DNA of 64,000 nt from Candidatus Microgenomates bacterium (GTDB lineage: Bacteria; Patescibacteriota; Microgenomatia; UBA8517), in contig JBEKQV010000001.1 in assembly GCA_049519355.1 (NCBI GenBank), positions 315,946-379,945 of the forward strand, given 5' to 3'. Below, piece by piece: positions 62,326-64,000 of the stretch. The notes beneath the pieces are model-generated. The model made no database searches. It saw only the letters and a program-made list of their open reading frames with translations, and had not been told where the DNA came from. A program made the position numbers and the translations under genes. Numbering within the stretch: the first letter of the stretch is position 1; each line of letters begins with the position of its first letter.

Positions 62326-62620
62326 TTTTTTTCAACAGGTTTACGATGAGGTCAAGAAAATTCCGGAAGGGAAGGTTATGACTTATGGTCAAGTCGCTTC
62401 AAGGCTCGGAACTCGGGATGCCAGGCGGGTTGGCCATGCCCTCCATGCGAATAAGGATAGAAGTTGTCCTTGTCACCGTGTAGTAAACAAAGAAGGTCGG
62501 GTTGCTCCTTCATACGCGTTCGGTGGCCACCACGAGCAAAGAAACAGGCTTATTGCCGAAGGAGTCAAGTTTTTGGACGAGATGCGGGTGGACCTTGATA
62601 AGTGCGGCTGCAAAGATTAA
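62309..62620 (+). CDS. ogt: Methylated-DNA--protein-cysteine methyltransferase, DNA-binding domain only (Ogt/MGMT family, short form)
   Basis: FFQQVYDEVKKIPEGKVMTYGQVA ... CPCHRVV (PCHR active-site cysteine present); 103 aa. Confidence 0.8.
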   Translation: MQKKSNFFQQVYDEVKKIPEGKVMTYGQVASRLGTRDARRVGHALHANKDRSCPCHRVVNKEGRVAPSYAFGGHHEQRNRLIAEGVKFLDEMRVDLDKCGCKD

Positions 62621-62646
62621 TGCTAGAATAGATAAGTATTACTGCC

Positions 62647-63180
62647 ATGCGCCGCGAACTTTTTATTCACCTTGCTTATTGGTTTTCTTTCTTTATTTTT
62701 ATTTCATTGTTCCGGCATTTTTTATCACTATCCTATTGGCCATTTTGGGTGGGAGGTTTGGTTGGAGTATTTTTGCCGGATATAGATCACCTCATTTATA
62801 TATTTTTCTTGAGTCCTCAAGAACTAACTTCACAGAGAATGAATTTTCTGCTTGGTAGAAAGGAGATTAAAAGATCGATTGAGCTTCTTTATGAAACGAG
62901 GAGTGAAAGAAGGGGACTAATTTTCCATACATTTTTTTTCCAGATAATTCTTCTTATCCTGACCTTTTGGCTTCTCAGTTCTTCGGCTTCGCTTTTTGGC
63001 AAAGGATTGGTGCTTTCATTTGCTCTTCATATAAGTATTGATCAGGTTACTGATCTGGTTGATACAAAAAGTTTGAGTAACTGGACAAAAATTTTTCCGA
63101 TAAATCTTACCTACCCGATGGCGGAACTTTACACAATTAGCGGAATTATTCTTCTTAGTGTCATGGGATTTTTAATTTAA
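62647..63180 (+). CDS. Hypothetical polytopic membrane protein
   Basis: ORF track; 5 TM. Confidence 0.4.
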   Translation: MRRELFIHLAYWFSFFIFISLFRHFLSLSYWPFWVGGLVGVFLPDIDHLIYIFFLSPQELTSQRMNFLLGRKEIKRSIELLYETRSERRGLIFHTFFFQIILLILTFWLLSSSASLFGKGLVLSFALHISIDQVTDLVDTKSLSNWTKIFPINLTYPMAELYTISGIILLSVMGFLI

Positions 63181-63258
63181 GCAAATCTTCAGAGTTATTT
63201 AAGATAATAAAAAAATTGGTACTTGGCAGAAATTATTTCTTGTCCTAGTATCACTCAT

Positions 63259-64000
63259 ATGAATTCAATGCTTGAAGCGGCTCTAACTCAAATTAAAGAA
63301 ACTTCGACTATTTTGGAAGGGGATTATCCGGACAAAAAAAGATTTAAAAAGGCTATTGAGGCGGTTCTAACTCCCCAAAGGGTTGTAAAAGGAAAAGTTT
63401 CAATTAAGGTTGTAAGTGGTAAAAGAAAAATATTTCAGGCTTTCAGGATTGAACACAATGATGCACGCGGTCCTTTCAAGGGCGGAATAAGATTTCACCC
63501 GAATGTCAATGAAGATGAGGTGCGGGCGCTTTCGACTCTAATGAGTTTGAAATGCGCTGTCGCAGGAATTCCTTATGGAGGGGCTAAGGGGGGAATTGTT
63601 GTTGATCCTTCGAAGCTTACAAAAGAAGAATTGAAGAACCTGTCGGTTGAATATGCAAAATTTATTACCCCCTATATCGGACCTTGGAAGGATGTTCCGG
63701 CCCCGGATGTAAATACTGATGGGCAGATTATGTCCTGGATGCTTGAGACCTATGAGAAGAAAATCGGATATCAAGCACCGGCGACGTTTACAGGTAAACC
63801 GATCGAGCTGGGCGGCTCTCTAGGCAGGACAGAAGCGACAGGGCAGGGTGGAGTCTATGTTCTTACGGCTTACGCTAAGGCCAAGAAAATAAATATCAAA
63901 ACCTCGACGGTTGCGGTTCAGGGTTTTGGAAACGTCGGCAGTTATTTTGTAAAATTTGCATCCGAAGCAGGGTTCAAAATTGTGGCAGTATCGGATTCTT
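63259..64000 (+). CDS. gdhA: Glutamate dehydrogenase (Glu/Leu/Phe/Val DH family), 3' end beyond the window
   Basis: Hand translation: MNSMLEAALTQIKE ... KCAVAGIPYGGAKGG ... QGFGNVGSY. Not in the ORF track because it has no stop in the window. Confidence 0.85.
   Translation, partial: MNSMLEAALTQIKETSTILEGDYPDKKRFKKAIEAVLTPQRVVKGKVSIKVVSGKRKIFQAFRIEHNDARGPFKGGIRFHPNVNEDEVRALSTLMSLKCAVAGIPYGGAKGGIVVDPSKLTKEELKNLSVEYAKFITPYIGPWKDVPAPDVNTDGQIMSWMLETYEKKIGYQAPATFTGKPIELGGSLGRTEATGQGGVYVLTAYAKAKKINIKTSTVAVQGFGNVGSYFVKFASEAGFKIVAVSDS

Noticed and set aside
1-64000. CRISPR arrays, rRNA genes, IS elements or transposases
   Set aside because: No spaced direct-repeat arrays, no rRNA-like conserved stretches, and no transposase-like ORFs (DDE motifs or terminal inverted repeats) were seen anywhere in the window.

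Overview
This 64-kb window looks like a compact, low-GC (about 40 %, judged by eye) bacterial chromosome segment. Gene content points to a Candidate Phyla Radiation / Patescibacteria (Microgenomates-like) organism: an archaeal-type short triose-phosphate isomerase, a eukaryotic-type class I FBP aldolase, a split transketolase, a class II B12-dependent RNR with nrdR and a PduO-type adenosyltransferase, an ATP-dependent DNA ligase, a DUF5667 protein, tandem class A PBPs and many small membrane proteins. All calls come from reading the supplied ORF translations and the raw sequence by eye; no searches were run.

Layout: (i) 1-8.6 kb is an accessory-looking stretch of small hypothetical and membrane-protein genes. 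It has a 0.9-kb non-coding gap with direct repeats, a DUF5678-like protein plus retropepsin-like aspartic protease pair, and a 31-bp intergenic motif repeated three times. (ii) 8.6-19 kb is housekeeping (ppa, pyrG, SET-domain protein, epmA-efp, VIT transporter). (iii) 19-32 kb is a long run of glycolysis and pentose-phosphate genes (grx, tpiA, rpiB, pgk, gap, rpe, tktAB, fba, pfkB kinase, 2-hydroxyacid DH), interrupted by a dual-specificity phosphatase, a LOG protein and a stand-alone ATP-cone protein. (iv) 33-38 kb holds two tandem PBP1A paralogs. (v) 38-43 kb holds a HEPN-like protein, a CPBP protease, and nrdR-nrdJ-ATR. (vi) 43.8-46.1 kb is an orphan VirD4/TraG-like coupling ATPase, followed by a truncated UDP-glucose dehydrogenase. 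(vii) 47-48.6 kb has tRNA-Ile(UAU), a Xer-like tyrosine recombinase, ftsB and two tRNA(CAU). (viii) 48.6-64 kb carries trpS, ftsH and a DNA-repair-rich run (5'-3' exonuclease, fpg, recF, ATP-dependent ligase, mpg, ogt), plus a Fic protein, pth and partial gdh.

No CRISPR array, rRNA or clear transposon was seen. The best candidates for new biology are the repeated 31-bp motif with its small-gene cassettes, the retropepsin pair, the HEPN-like/CPBP pair, the orphan coupling ATPase next to a tRNA, and the rare tRNA-Ile(UAU).
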